A DNA stretch of 64,000 bases from Mytilus californianus (GCF_021869535.1 NW_026262712.1:105462001-105526000); one strand, 5' to 3'. Positions 50,035 through 63,355 are shown, counted from the stretch's first letter. Made by a program: numbers and translations. The notes: generated by a model not told the origin, from the letters alone.

Positions 50035-50545
50035 ATAGATATAAGAAGATGTGGTATGAGTGCCAATGAGATAACTCTCCATCCAAGTCACAATTTGTAA
50101 AAGTCAACCATTATAGGTCAAAGTACAGCCTTCAACACGAAGCCTTGGCTAACACCGAACAGCAAGCTATGAAGAGCCCCAAAAATGACTAGTGAAAAAC
50201 CATTCAAACAGGAAAACCAACGGTCTAATCTATATAAAAACCGAGAAACGGGAAACAGTTATGAACCACATAAACAAACGACAACCACTGAACATCAGGT
50301 TCCTGACTTAGGACAGGTGCAAACAAATGCAGCGGGTTTAAACGTTTTAATTGGCGCCAACCTTCATCCTACCTGAAACAATGGTGTAACATCACAACAT
50401 AGAAAGACACACTATAAAATATCAATTGAAATGGCTTAACTCAGTCAAAGACTGTCACATATCAACAAAAACAAGTGAACATACACTGAACGAATAAATT
50501 TGATCCATGACACAATGTAAATACAAAATTAATAAAACAAGGGAG
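50035..50545 (-). mobile_element. Twister-containing repeat, same family as 12094-12641
   Basis: Colinear homology over ~500 bp. Confidence 0.85.
50284..50385 (-). ncRNA. Twister ribozyme, type P5 permutation
   Basis: CAGGT-A-GGAT-GAAGG-[TTGGCGCCAA, AAACGTTT]-TAA-ACCC-GC-TGCA..TGCA-CCTG-TCCTAAGT-CAGG-A-ACCTG. One P2 mismatch. Predicted cut 50340/50339. Confidence 0.72.
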
Positions 50546-50819
50546 TTAGATTAAAACAGTATCAGAAAGACAACCATAACCTTGGACAAAATGCCGCCAA
50601 ATAATATAACGTACACTGGTAAATAAAAATAATTTTGTTGTAAAGTATACATGGAGTACGGAAATAATTTTTACAAAATAAATAATTTTGTTGTTCCAAG
50701 TACGAGAACAAAAGTGAAAATATATCGTTATACTAAACACTTATCAAAGGTGGTTTATATTAAAAACAGTGAGACTAGATATAACACTGAATAAGTAAAC
50801 ATTAAATAACAAACATACA

Positions 50820-51410
50820 TTACACATTGTATCAACAGGTCAAATTAACACCAACGTACGATTTGAGAGTACTCGCAGTTACTGAAAGATAGTTAAAAGC
50901 CAAAAACAATTAATAATAAAAATCATGCATCAGAGACTTAAATCAACTAAAACGCATCCCAGGTATTTAGTGTTTTAATTTCATGGACAGTCAAAGAAGA
51001 CATGACTTGTGCAATGCCAAAATAAAAGTATCGACAGGCAGTAGGATAGTTAACCTGTTAATAAATATGTATAATGTGATATATAGATAGAGTAATCTCT
51101 ATATAGAAAATGAACGTGGATGTGTATTTATAAATCAAAAAAAAAAAACGTTTGCAAAAGAATACAAATTTAGTTATGTTTTAATTTGCTAATGACAAAA
51201 TTGATTTGTGTGCCAATGTAAACTATATTCAAAGATCCAATTACAACATTGGTAAGATAACCTTCACAATAAGTTTGTTTAAAGGTTCGATGAGTTTACA
51301 CGGATCACATAGTGATTTCCGCGCTTTTAGTACAATATTACCGTAAACTTTTCTACAGGTACAGTTATCATATCTGTTTGTATTGCTCACCCAATTTTGT
51401 CAATATCACA
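50820..51410 (-). mobile_element. Penelope-like RT C-terminus + partial 3' region (family A)
   Basis: CTCRK..YGNIVLKARK..DPCKLIEPLNKLIVKG...INFVISKLKHN* followed by sequence homologous to 6830-7000. Confidence 0.75.
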
Positions 51411-51424
51411 GAACTATAAACAAC

Positions 51425-51518
51425 TGCCATACAAGTGGGAGGTTTAGCTAGCTATTAAAACCAGGGTTAAACCACCATTTTCTTCGGGAAATGCCTGTAC
51501 TAAGTCAGAAATATGGTA
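51425..51518 (+). ncRNA. Twister-like ribozyme (family C), slightly degenerate
   Basis: GTGG-GAGGT-TAGCTAGCTA..-TAA-ACC-AC-CATTT..AAATG-CCTG-TACTAAGT-CAGA. One P4 mismatch. Confidence 0.55.
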
Positions 51519-52558
51519 TTTGTTATCCACTCGTTCCTTTGGTTGATAACGTTTGATTTTGTCAGTTTTTATGGACTTTCCCTTTTTGAATTTGCTTTGG
51601 AGTTCGGTATTTTTTTTTATATTTTTTTTACAATTTAATCAGACTATCTCTCAGAACTTAAGAACAGTAATTTTACACTCACATTGTCTAGTCGGACTGT
51701 AAACTTAAAGTTCCATCCACTTATTACCTGAAAATGACATGTTACTTAGTTGGGAAACAATATTTATGTTACATATATTAGGTATTAAATATTTTGTTTT
51801 GTTTTACCCATTCACATTTAAAGATATTTATTTTATTTTACCGTATCCTGTATACCGCACATATATCATATTTTCTTCCCTTAAACCTTTTTTAAATCAT
51901 CATAAAAAATCCTGATCCTCATTTAAATTTTTTTTTCAAGAATACATATCCGTGTTGCTCAGTTTTCTGCATGGTGTTTTGTGGACTATTGTTTGTCGTT
52001 TTTCTTTTTTGTTATGGTTTTGTCGGTTTCTCTTCGAGTTACTATTTTATAATAATCTTCCGCCTCTTTTTACAGGACATGGAGCAAAGATTGACAATTT
52101 GTATAAAATATCGAGCGCTAGCTTCAAGTGTCTTGATTGTTAGGGGTGGGGGTAAATAAAAGAAAACTAATACAAATATAAGAACAATCCTAGGTACACA
52201 CTTGAACAATTTAAACTGAACAGAGGAACAATACGGGTTTTCTTGGTTATTTCCTTCACTTATAACGAATAATGTGCACACAAGACTGTACACGTTAAAA
52301 CATTTGCCTTTCCGGCTTACTATATTAAATTCAAATGACTCATTTTGGCGGGCTAAATATTTTCCCACTTTTTTCGTTTTTTGTCAAAGTTTAAAGAGTG
52401 TCATAGATATGTTTACTTCATTCTTGTATGTCCGACATGAAAGTGCAAAAGCCGTTGTTGTACGTTTTAGAATGAACATATCGCAGAATCCAAAATGTGG
52501 TTCAAGATGCTTTTATTCAGAGTGAAAGTATGTTAAGAACAGCTCCTCTTTGACTTAC

Positions 52559-52747
52559 CTGTTCCTCTGCCTTCACAACGGTGGTGGTGTTAAATAATAT
52601 GTTTTCTGAGTCAAGTTTGTCCTTGGCAGCCTTAAGCACTATATCTGGAATCGTATCAACGTCTATATGATTCCAACCACCTGGAATCTGACAGTTGACG
52701 TATAATATTCCAGTTAACACAAATAAACAGGAAATTAAAACCTTCAT
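52559..52747 (-). CDS. Cystatin-like secreted protein, exon 1 only
   Basis: Signal peptide MKVLISCLFVLTGILYVNC, then QIPGGW, an amphipathic helix and VVKAEEQ ending at a phase-0 GTAAGT donor, where QxVxG is commonly split. Downstream exons not found. Confidence 0.55.
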
Positions 52748-53879
52748 ATTTCTCTATAAAATCGACAACCGAATCTTTATGTTAAAATTGACACTGCGAC
52801 AGTAGTTTCATATCTTATCTTCAATGTCTCTGATATTGTACTTAATCATCTGCCTTTAGTATTGTGTACTTTAACATTTCATTCTTGTAGGTAGCGGAAA
52901 GTATAAGCAAAATCAAACAAACAATTTACCACAACTAAAACAAAAACATTGTTACTGTTAAAGTACCAGACTTTTTATTTTTTAAATCTTGAAATTCACC
53001 CCAATCATCGGTAGGACTGATTTATAAAAGTTTGTAATTTTTGTAATGAGCTGATTTTCCAACATTACAGGTGTTAAAAATAGTTTAAGGGCAAAGCAGA
53101 TAAAATAATTTTATATATACAGTATTTGTAAATATTTTACGAATATAAAAAATAACCTGTTAACAACTACAATTAATCATACAATTTCTTCTGTGGAATT
53201 TACTGAGCTTTAAAAAAAAAAATTAATAAATTATTTTCTCAACAACTATCAGTCCTCGTAAGAAATGTTCCATTGTTATCTCGTGTCATAACTGTATATC
53301 GAACCTTTTACATTTGGTACACAGTAAAATATACTGATTAGTTTTGTTAAAGTTGACCTATGTATGAACTTGTTATGGCTCTTGTGAAAGTGACAGTTTT
53401 CTCGCCTCACCAGCATGTATCAGCTGTCCTTACAGGTATTGGGTGATGTTTTGTACATTATTCTTTCATAACTAGATATTTCATGCGTTATGTTACAGTT
53501 CATTTACTTTTGATATGCATTTTCGTATAATTAAAACATTTTACCATATCTAGACTGATACTATAAAGCAGTGTTTGAATTTAGACATATTTGAATTGCG
53601 TTTAATTGACGTGAAGGTACAGACACACATGCATAGCTACATGTAGCCAACAAATATGTAAAGAAAAATTGACCAAAATGATAATAGGTTACATGGAGCA
53701 GAGGCCCTGTACGTATGTTAGCGACATTTCAAGAGCTACAACGCACGCGTGGTAAACAGTTGGTTTTAAAAAGGATGTAGCTAAAAGATGTATTTTTATA
53801 AATGTGTATAACACTTATTAATGATCGCTACATTTTAAAACAACGTAGTTCATAACCCGCCAACAACACCCCCCCAACA

Positions 53880-56800
53880 GCCGATTTAGATTTTACCAAA
53901 ATGAACACCCACTTGAAGGCTTACATCGAACAGGAGATAAAGAAAGGTATTGAAGCTGCTATGTCAGACAAAATGGAGTCGCTGATAGATAAGAAAATGG
54001 CAACTACAAATGAATCTATCGAAACATCTGTCCAAGACAAACTTAAAGGTGTGGAATAATGGCTACGTAGAGTGAAATTTGTTGCACCTGTTAAGTTAAA
54101 GAAAGTTGTAAATGGCTATATCATTTATTGTTTATTTATTACTTATCGAAAATTGAAACTCCGCTGATTGATCACACACTAACAGGTTTTTCTTTTAGAA
54201 CATACTATTAGATAGAATGTTCCGAATAATGGAATAAGAAATGGCAGATCATAGTCGATATAAAACCCTAGTAGTAGAAGTAATTTTCATTGTTTACATC
54301 ATTTCTGTAAAAAATTAAGATAGCGCTTCCTATTACCCATATACGACTGATGCACATCGTTTCTTCCAGTCAGTATTATATTAGATTAAAATTTCCATAT
54401 TCAGCATATTCTTTTCAGCAGAGCTAATTAGTTAAAAACCTGACCTTATTAATTATTCTTCTTTTTGTAGGTTATTGAGGGTTTTTAACGTGTTAATGGA
54501 AGCACATTTAACGCACATGCGTTCATACTCACGTTGGATACTCAAAATATGCACACGACCAATAATTTTACAGTCTAACAACCTTATAAAACTTAAAAAA
54601 TAACGAAGCATTCAACTCTCATAACTACATGTTTATGCCATAGATTTTGAATTGCCTCGTGGACTTTATCTGACAATAAACATTATGGTGTCTTTGAAAC
54701 GAATGTACAAAATTAATTTAATCTAATTATTTGTTCATAAATATGTATTTAATGGTTATATAGAGATAACAATAATTATATGTGGTATGATTGTTTCATA
54801 TTAGATATATTGTGGAATCGTCTGTCACTCCTGCTAGAAAGTCAATCCTTTATCTGAATGTAATTTTAAAAGAATAAGCCGAATTTGCTTTTTCAAAATA
54901 AACTTCATCTCTTCCATGTAAACATGTCTTTACAGATATAGGAGTAACGTACGTCAGGTGGGCTAGGAAAAGTTGTCCTAATGCTACTGAACTGGTTTAC
55001 ACAGGTAGTATATGTTTAGTTCGTCGCTGCAAATGTCTTAATTTTTCAAATAACATATGTAAATTGGACAATGCAATGAGTGACATAAATCACTTGAAAA
55101 CCTCACATCTAAGTTAAAGTATCATGTTTTTTTATCACCTTTAAATGTTAACTAGACATGAGAGATATTTTTAAACGTTCAAAACTACTGATGGGACTAT
55201 TTAGGAAAACGATACTTATAGAAATAAAGAAGAGTCAAGACGAACAGCGAAGTGACATAGGATATAAATTATATACAATTGTAGGAAAAGAAAGGGCATC
55301 CAAAATTACTCATAAGACATTTGTAGTGGAAAAGACACACACAACTTCCACATTAAACCTGCGTGTGATATCAAATGTTTCTGAAATGATAAGCCCTATG
55401 CTTTAGCGCACGAAATACTCTTTGAATTGCCACATACAAGAATCTATTTATTCCCTTACTACATTGGAAATTACCCCTAAAATGTGGCGATTCTATTTTC
55501 TTACACAACAGGAAATGGAAACAAAAAAAAAGGATAAGAAAGCCAGATGTCTCGGGCAGACTATAATACATGTATGACCAAAGAGAGAAATGGTTAAGAA
55601 TCAAATTCGCAACACATGAAACGAAAACATGATAATCAACAACTACAACGCTTTCAATCCTCAAAGTATGTTACGATTTCCACTATTATGATAGAAAAAG
55701 AGAGACAAAAGATACCAGAGGGACATTCAAACTCATAAGAAGAAAATAAACTGACAACGCCATGGCTAAAAAAGAAAAAGACAACAGACAAACAATAGTA
55801 CACAAATTACAACATAGAAAACTAAAGAATGAGCAACACGAACCCAACCAAAAAATGGGGGTGATGTCAGGAAGGGTATTACTAAGCAGATCCTGCTCCA
55901 CATGTGACACCCGTGATAGCTTCATATGTCCATTTTAGTGTAATAATGTAATTTCCCTAATTGAATTTAAACAGGGTCTTCAAAGCTGCTGTACAAGTTT
56001 TTTTTACCCATTCTATGATTCCTTATAAATATTTTCGTTCATACTTTTGGTTTCCTTTTTTTTGTTGTTGTTTTTTAGCCTATTTAAATAATTCTAAATC
56101 ACTTTTGCCGTTCTTACAGTACAACTATTCACACCATGGTATTTACATGTGTTGTCTGTACGAAATAGATATTTTTATGATTGTTTTAGGAAAAGCCGGA
56201 GGAAATCATCCAGAGCACAAAGGTGGTGGATCAAACTACATTTGCCTTCCAAACGATTCTGACAATGGACAATTTCAACCACATGACACTCACGTTTTAT
56301 TTGGTGTGGAATACCAGACATTTTATAACTCGAAGTTACATGGATGGTTAAATAGTTTAGGAGACAAATAGTTTCCTTGCGCAGTTTGTCATAGAAAGAA
56401 ATCGACTGTTCTAATGATTCCTTGTAACTTTCTACAATAATTTACATGATCAGTGTAGATCTTAATATTGGCATTGTTTTAACACTTTAAAACCTATCCG
56501 GTACATTATTATTTTAATATTCTAAATACTTTATATCGTTTAATAGTTCAAGTTTTTTCATATTGTTTTTTTTTCCAATGTCGGCCGGTAAAGTACCACA
56601 CAATGACGCTTCAACTAATATGAATGATGGGTTTGAGCAGCTTTAGTCTTGATAATGGGAAGTATAGCAGTAATTGGTGATTATTGATCTGAATACGGGT
56701 TAAAACATTTTTAACCCATCCACATTATGTATGTATGTGCCTGTCCCAAGTCAGGAGCCTGTAATTCAGTGGTTGTCGTTTGTTTATGTGTTATATATTT

Positions 56801-57200
56801 GTTTTTCGTTCATTGTTTGTACATAAATTAGGCCGTTAATTTTCTCGTTTGAATTGTTTTACATTGTCATATCGGGGCCTTTTATAGCTGACTGCGGTAT
56901 GGGCTTTTCTCATTGTTGAAGGTCGTACGGTGACCTATAGTTGTTAATTTCTGTGTCATTTGGTCTCTTATGGAGAGTTGTCTTATTGGCAATCATACAA
57001 CATCTTCTTTTTTATAAGTACACACAAAACACAAAACTTTATGGACTACATATGTGGCGATAAAGATGCTGAACCATTTGACCCTAGATCAACCGACGAC
57101 AATCAGGGTCTAGTGTACGGTGTAAGAACGGCTTGTGGTAGTTTGAGATGTCCACCTGCACGAATTATGCTGACGTTCAGTGTGTTGTCTGTACGAAATA
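53880..57200 (+). pseudogene. Short-chain collagen C4-like gene (exons ~53880-54048, 54936-55004, 56190-56423, ~57013-57200)
   Basis: GVTYVRWARKSCP..ELVYTG, GGGSNYICLP, GVEYQT, PCAVC, GSLRCPP..CVVCTK*. Phase-1 splice sites. Premature TAG at 56369, frameshift and 5' loss in the last exon, no signal-peptide region. Confidence 0.82.
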
Positions 57201-58219
57201 GATATTTTTATCTTTGATATAGATAAACAGTATAATGATATGTACTGCTAAATTTCTCCATTCAGGTTTTACTGTAGTTATTTTAGGGAATCGTGGTTTC
57301 ATGTATACATTGTAATAATAGAATGACATAATGCTATCACATCCCCAATGTACTTTCAAAACTTAGTAGATCAACATCCACTCTAACAAATATATTAAAA
57401 ACACAGGAGCAAGACTGCCTCAATTACGTTTTTTGAAAATATTAAACAACATTAGAAATCATTAATTTGATATTGATTTTTTATGATTATTATGAAAACA
57501 AATTTTCGATCGCTGACACGTCATATTAAACGTCAAATGTAAAATGTGTTTCAATTTCCTGTGAAAATAATAAATCGGACATGATATACAGAAATTGTAC
57601 TTTATTGTTAGAAAACTGCGTCGTGTATATGTTATTTAGTTGTCAAGTGTAAAATATACTCAAACAGCAATTGTTTAGTTACAAAATAATCCTTCAACTT
57701 ATCTTGCAATTAATCACCTGTAAGGTTAAAGCGCAAAATCTCCTATGTCTAGTTAATACACGATGCAATTGTCAAGCTGGTGGTACTATTACCCTGCCGC
57801 TAGTTGATACTAAAGGCATATTCAGATTTAAAAAACATAGTAAAAAAAGAAAGAAATTGACAGTTCCTTGCAAATTCTGGTTCAATATGTGCAATAGAAG
57901 TTACGAAAAGAAAACTTTCTGTCAATTACCCAGTCTAGTCTAAGATAATCATAAGGAATCCTCATGTCCGTCCGTACGTCACACTTTGGCTTTCAAATAA
58001 TAAATAGAGTCCCGATTTTTAAAATTAATTGAAAAATTAATGCATTTTTGTATCATACTAAAATAATCTGTTTTCAAATAGTAATAAGTCAATATTTATG
58101 TCAAGATTATAAACAATTGAGTGTATGCAGTCCAGTAAGATCTGTCTTACATCATTGTACCTAGGGCAAATAAAAAAAGACATGCTGGTGCATGTTCACA
58201 CTATACGGACTTCATATAC

Positions 58220-59070
58220 AGGAGTGTGCAGAAACTGCTCCAACAGGGTTATGAGGAGGAAAGATTAAAAATGACACTCCGCAAATTTTAGGGACACCAT
58301 CACAAATTGGTTGATCTATACGATGTGTCTGTGTCTGAACTAACTTACGTTATTTTTACCACGTCTTAGACTGTGGATTACCATCTACGTCGTCTGGTCT
58401 GCTTAGTACCGAACGTGACCTATTCCCGAGTATGACTGTTTTGAGGAATGTGAATACGCATTGCTATACAACGTGTGTCGGTATTTATATATTCAACATT
58501 CATGTACTAAGTTATGATGTTTCTTTTGTAAGTCCGGTTGGATATATTGTTATAGCTTATGTTCGCTGCTGGAGATCACGTGGTTTGGTATTTACATTTC
58601 CCGTTTACGTGCATTTTGTTGTTACTTTCTTATACGTGTGGGTCCTATGGGTCATTGTACTGAGTTGTTGTCTGCCTATATCGTTTGGGTTTTGAATTCT
58701 GTACTTCCGGTGCATTTAACATATGTCTTATTTGTCAGTATAGTCGAGTTATTTTTATTTCTATATGTATGTAAAAGTTAAGATAAAAAAATCAGTTACT
58801 TCATTTATATGATTTTAAGTTTTAAGCAACTATAAAATGGTGTGCTGTCGTAAATTTATGGTAGGTGTCCATTGTTATTCTGCGGTTTACATGTTGTAAT
58901 GTACTATTATATTAATTATTTATGTATTTTTCTGTGCTGAATGTTCGTGCGTTTGTTTGTACTGTATTCCTGTCACGTAGTGTTGTCACTTTAGCGGTAT
59001 GTCTTACATTGCCATAAAAGCGGGGGGAGGGGGGAGTTCGCTAGTCAATAAACCAGGCTCAACCCACCAT
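58220..59070 (+). mobile_element. Penelope-like RT C-terminus + 3' region, continuing at 60362-60595
   Basis: QKLLQQGYEEERLKMTLRKF*GHHHKLVDLYDVSVS...* homologous to the 11011 ORF. The 3' region contains a split twister relic. Confidence 0.7.
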
Positions 59071-60362
59071 TTTGAGCTCACCTGGCCCAAAGGGCCAAGT
59101 GAGCTTTTCTCATCACTTGGCGTCCGTCGTCCGTCGTCCGTCGTCGTCCGTCGTCGTCGTCCGTTAACTTTTACAAAAATCTTCTCCTCTGAAACTACTT
59201 GGCCAAATTTAACCAATCTTGGCCACAATCATCATTAGGGTATCTAGTTTACAAAATGTGTCTGATGACCCCGCCTGCCAACCAAGATGGCCGCTATGGC
59301 TAAATATAGAACATAGGGGTGAAATGTAGATTTTGACTTATATCTCTGAAACCAAAGCATTTAGAGCAAATCTGACATGGGGTAAAATTGTTTATCAGGT
59401 CAAGATCTATCTGCCCCAAAATTTTCAGATGAATCGGACAACCCGTTGTTGGGTTGCTGCCCCTGAATTGGTAATTTTAAGGAAATTTTGCCGTTTTTGG
59501 TTATTATCTTGAATATTATTATAGATAGAGATAAACTGTAAACAGCAATAATGTTCAACAAAGTAAGATCTACAAATAAGTCAACATGACCAAAATGGTC
59601 AGTTGACCCCTTAAGGAGTTATTGCCCTTTATAGTCAATTTTTAACCATTTTTCGTAAATTTTTGTAATTTTTTACAAAAATCTTCTCCTCTGAAACTAC
59701 TAAGACAAATTTAACCAAACTTGTCCACAATCATCATTAGGGTATCTCGTTTAAAAAATGTGTCCGATGACCCCGCCCGCGAACCAAGATGGCCGACATG
59801 GCTAAAAAATAGTACATAGGGTAAAATGCAGTTTTGGCTCATATCTCTGAAACCAAAGCATTTAGAGCAAATCTGACAGGATTAAATTGTTCATTAGGTC
59901 AAGATCTATCTGCCCTGAAACATGTTGTTGGGTTGCTGCCCCTGAATTGGTAATTTTAAGAAAATTTTGCAGCTTTTGGTTATTATCTTGAATATTATTA
60001 TAGATAGAGATAAACTGAAAACAGCAATAATGTACAGCAAAGTAAGATCTACAAATAAATCACATGATCAAAATTGTCAATTGACTCCTTAAGGAGTTAT
60101 TGCCCTTTATAGTCAATTGTTTACAATTTTCATAAATTTTGTAAATTTTTGTAAATTTTTACAAAATATTTTCCACTGTAACTACTGGGCCAAGTTCATT
60201 ATAGATAGAGATAATTGTAAGCAGCAAGAATGTTCAGTAAAGTAAGATCTACAAACACATCACCATCACCAAAACACAATTTTGTCATGAATCCGTCTGT
60301 TTCCTTTGTTTAATATGCACATATACCAAGGTGAGCGACACAGGCTCTTTAGGGCCTCTAGT
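59071..60362 (+). mobile_element. Helentron-associated non-autonomous element (HINE/DINE-1-like)
   Basis: 5' TTTGAGCTCACCTG subTIR and hairpin, (CGTC/CGT)n microsatellite, ~505-bp internal tandem units (59165, 59670, partial 60155), 3' AGGTGAGC plus hairpin AGGCTCTTTAGGGCCT. Inserted in a T-run without TSD. Confidence 0.85.
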
Positions 60363-62298
60363 TTTCTTAAAATGTCCTGTACTAAGTCAGGAATATGGCA
60401 GTTGTTATCTACAGTCCGTTTCTATGTATGTTGGCGTTTGCTTTTGTTTTAGTTCAGTGTTTCTGTTGTTCCGTTGTTTTCCTCTTATAGTTGATCTGTT
60501 TCCATCGGTTTAGTTTGTTACCCGGATTTGTTTTGGCTTAAGCGAATAATGACTATTGAACAGCGGTATACTACTTTTACCTTTAGTTATTGGACATTAA
60601 AGATTGTTTGCATAATATTTTTGGTTGTTTTCACTTTAACCGTTTAAGAGTTAGGGTCTGTAGTTTACGGATAATAATTGGGGAACCCTTTTTGAAATTG
60701 ATTGAAATTTAAATAGAATGTTTCCGACTATAAAACAAAATCACGATCTGTTTGTAGCTGTGGGTGGGGGTATCTATGATCACTATATCACCTCTCTAGT
60801 TCTTATATGATTTACATATCTTCAAATACCTGAATGTAATTGGTCCGTTAGAGTGTTTTCCTCGGTTTACACATCGATAGACCATATTACCGAAACTACT
60901 TTCGCAGCCTTTGTAAACACAGTGTCGAGTTCACTGTGATGAATTCGTGCTTGATACACATGAATGAATAAATAAATACAGAGAATATAAATCTATATAA
61001 AAATAACCAAATTAGTATGCGTTTAGGTGTGAAGTAGTTTACTTTTTGGTCAAATTTAACGTTCTTCTTGAGGTCTGTTTCTGCTGATATATATACTGTG
61101 ATAAGATTTATGATAATTTCACAGATCGCTGACACAGATCTAAAAACAGTTCTAACGAATAGCATCCCAGCATGGTTATAAGTAAGGAAATTTAGATTTT
61201 TCTTTCGCCATTGGAATAAATGTATATGGTTATAATATAGATTGTATTGCATAGTCTCAAAATGCGACCAATATCCTAAAACATTGATGTTCCTAGATAT
61301 TTTTATAAGATTTTGGCGCCAAATGTATTCAAATTACTTCTATGATGATCTACCAAATGGAAAGTTGCTACATTCTTCCAGTTACGTATTAGTTCTATAC
61401 TCTGTCTATTTATAAGAATGCACCTTTTTTCCTAATTTTGATGATCATCACGTTCACGCGTGTTTGCTGGATACTAAGTCTTGACTTTGTTTCGTGCTTT
61501 TTTTCTTCATTTTTTTCTTTGCCGCCAGAGTTTAAAGTGATGGCACTTTGACATTCATTAAACTGGTTTTTATACACCATATAATGTAAGTACCAAGAAA
61601 ATAATAGTAAGTACAAAATATTTGTTATCCATTGGTTATGTAAGGTAAGTGTCAAGTACTTTGACGTTCATTTCCTTCTTTTTTGAGAGAGAGAGTTCCG
61701 CATGTTTATTTCTTTCTTTCTTTGGGTGTTCCGTGTGTTTGTTTATTTCAATTATCATTTACCAGACATTTTTTAGCGTCGTATGGCAATTGATGTTGTG
61801 AAACATACCCTGTCAATTCACTTGATTCAATTTATATAGGCTATTTGCGAGCCATGAATTAATGAACTATTAACTTGCAATTTTTTTTTAATTGACCTTT
61901 TTTCTAAACTCTATTTTTTTAATTTGCGATTTAGACCTTGCCATCTAGGTCAGACATTTGATCGTAATTAAAGGATGTAAGAGTATCTCTACGACTTGTT
62001 TGAGGTTGATGTCCTATTTCATCTCTTTTGTGACCTTTTATATTGAATGCATGAGAATATATGAAATACAAATACTTTTATAAGTAATAATAGAAAAAGT
62101 ACAGATTGACTACAGTCATATATAAAAGTTATGTGTAAATGCGTAAAAACTATTTGTATTCATTATTTTGTCGCAAATAAAGTGAAGTATCTCTTGGAAA
62201 GATGTGAAGTGTTTTAATTTAGTGTTGTCATGCAACAAATAAGTGTTGTGTTATTTGCTTGATACATAGCGTATTCTGTCTTAGTAATAAAGCAGAAA

Positions 62299-62623
62299 AT
62301 GTACGTGGAAATGGGTTGCATATATATCGTGCGTGTTGTTATGTTTTATTTTGTTTTGTTGACGAATCCTTGTCTTTCTGCGATATGTAATAATAAAGCA
62401 TGTCCAGGTATGATTTCTATGCCTTTAATTGATGGCGTGAAAGCTACATTAAAGGCTGATTTGGATACAACGGATTTAAACAACCATCTGAAAGCATACA
62501 TTGAACAACACATACAGGAAGGTGTACAAGCTGCTATGAAAGATGTAATGAAACAACTTGTTGACGATGGTTTGGGAGAGGCTCATGTTATAATTAATGC
62601 CACAGCTAGGGAACAATTTAAAG
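62299..62623 (+). CDS. First coding exon of a short-chain collagen C4-like paralogue
   Basis: Hydrophobic signal, then ADLDTTDLNNHLKAYIEQHIQEG, homologous to ADLDFTKMNTHLKAYIEQEIKKG at 53880. Same phase-1 AAAG|GT donor. Confidence 0.72.
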
Positions 62624-63227
62624 GTACGAACTTATGTTCTTAATATTTTACTTTACTAAGTCATCACGGTCATGTTTCTTCGAAATGTATGTCGGTTCGA
62701 TCAAACTCCTTTAAAAATAGTGGGAAATCTAGCGTTGTTAACTTTTTCTTTAATATAGTGGATAATTTCTGTGGATAACTAACAAAAATTCGATTGCATC
62801 TGATTTCCAGTCCTCCAAATTATGTAAATGAGTTAAAATAAGATTAACTTTAAGAGATGTTTTGTAACGTTCAAATAATACGAAATTCACTACGAGAGCG
62901 CCTTACTTTTTGTCGGTTGAATGATTAGCCTTCAGACTTCTGCCAATGAATTTTTACTACCGTCTTAACGTTTACTACACTTTATGCCTTTTTCAAATCC
63001 ATGTTCACGGGAAAGGAAGCCTGTTTTTGTTTGTCAATGTGAGGTTCCGGACGTATATCGAAGAATCATACCTTGTCTGACTTACGCAAAATAAGTTTTA
63101 TCGTTTAATTATATAGTTTTTTCGTAGTTCCACCAATATGCATTTCCATCAATATATTAAGTGAAGATCCAGGAGTAAAATAATTGGTATATATGACCCT
63201 TAGATAAATATAGATTCTACGACTGCA

Positions 63228-63355
63228 TCGAGTGTGATACGATATTTATCCACTCGAGACAGTTAAATTTTCAAATTTAAAACGCGAGGCTCGCCGAGCA
63301 TTTTAAATATTTAAAATTTAACTGTCGAGGAAGGATAAATATCGAATTACACGAG
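63228..63355. repeat. Imperfect ~128-bp palindrome centred on CGAGGCTCGCCGAG
   Basis: GATATTTATCC..GACAGTTAAATTTT / AAAATTTAACTGTC..GGATAAATATC arms. Possibly a non-autonomous DNA element (class not established). Confidence 0.6.
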
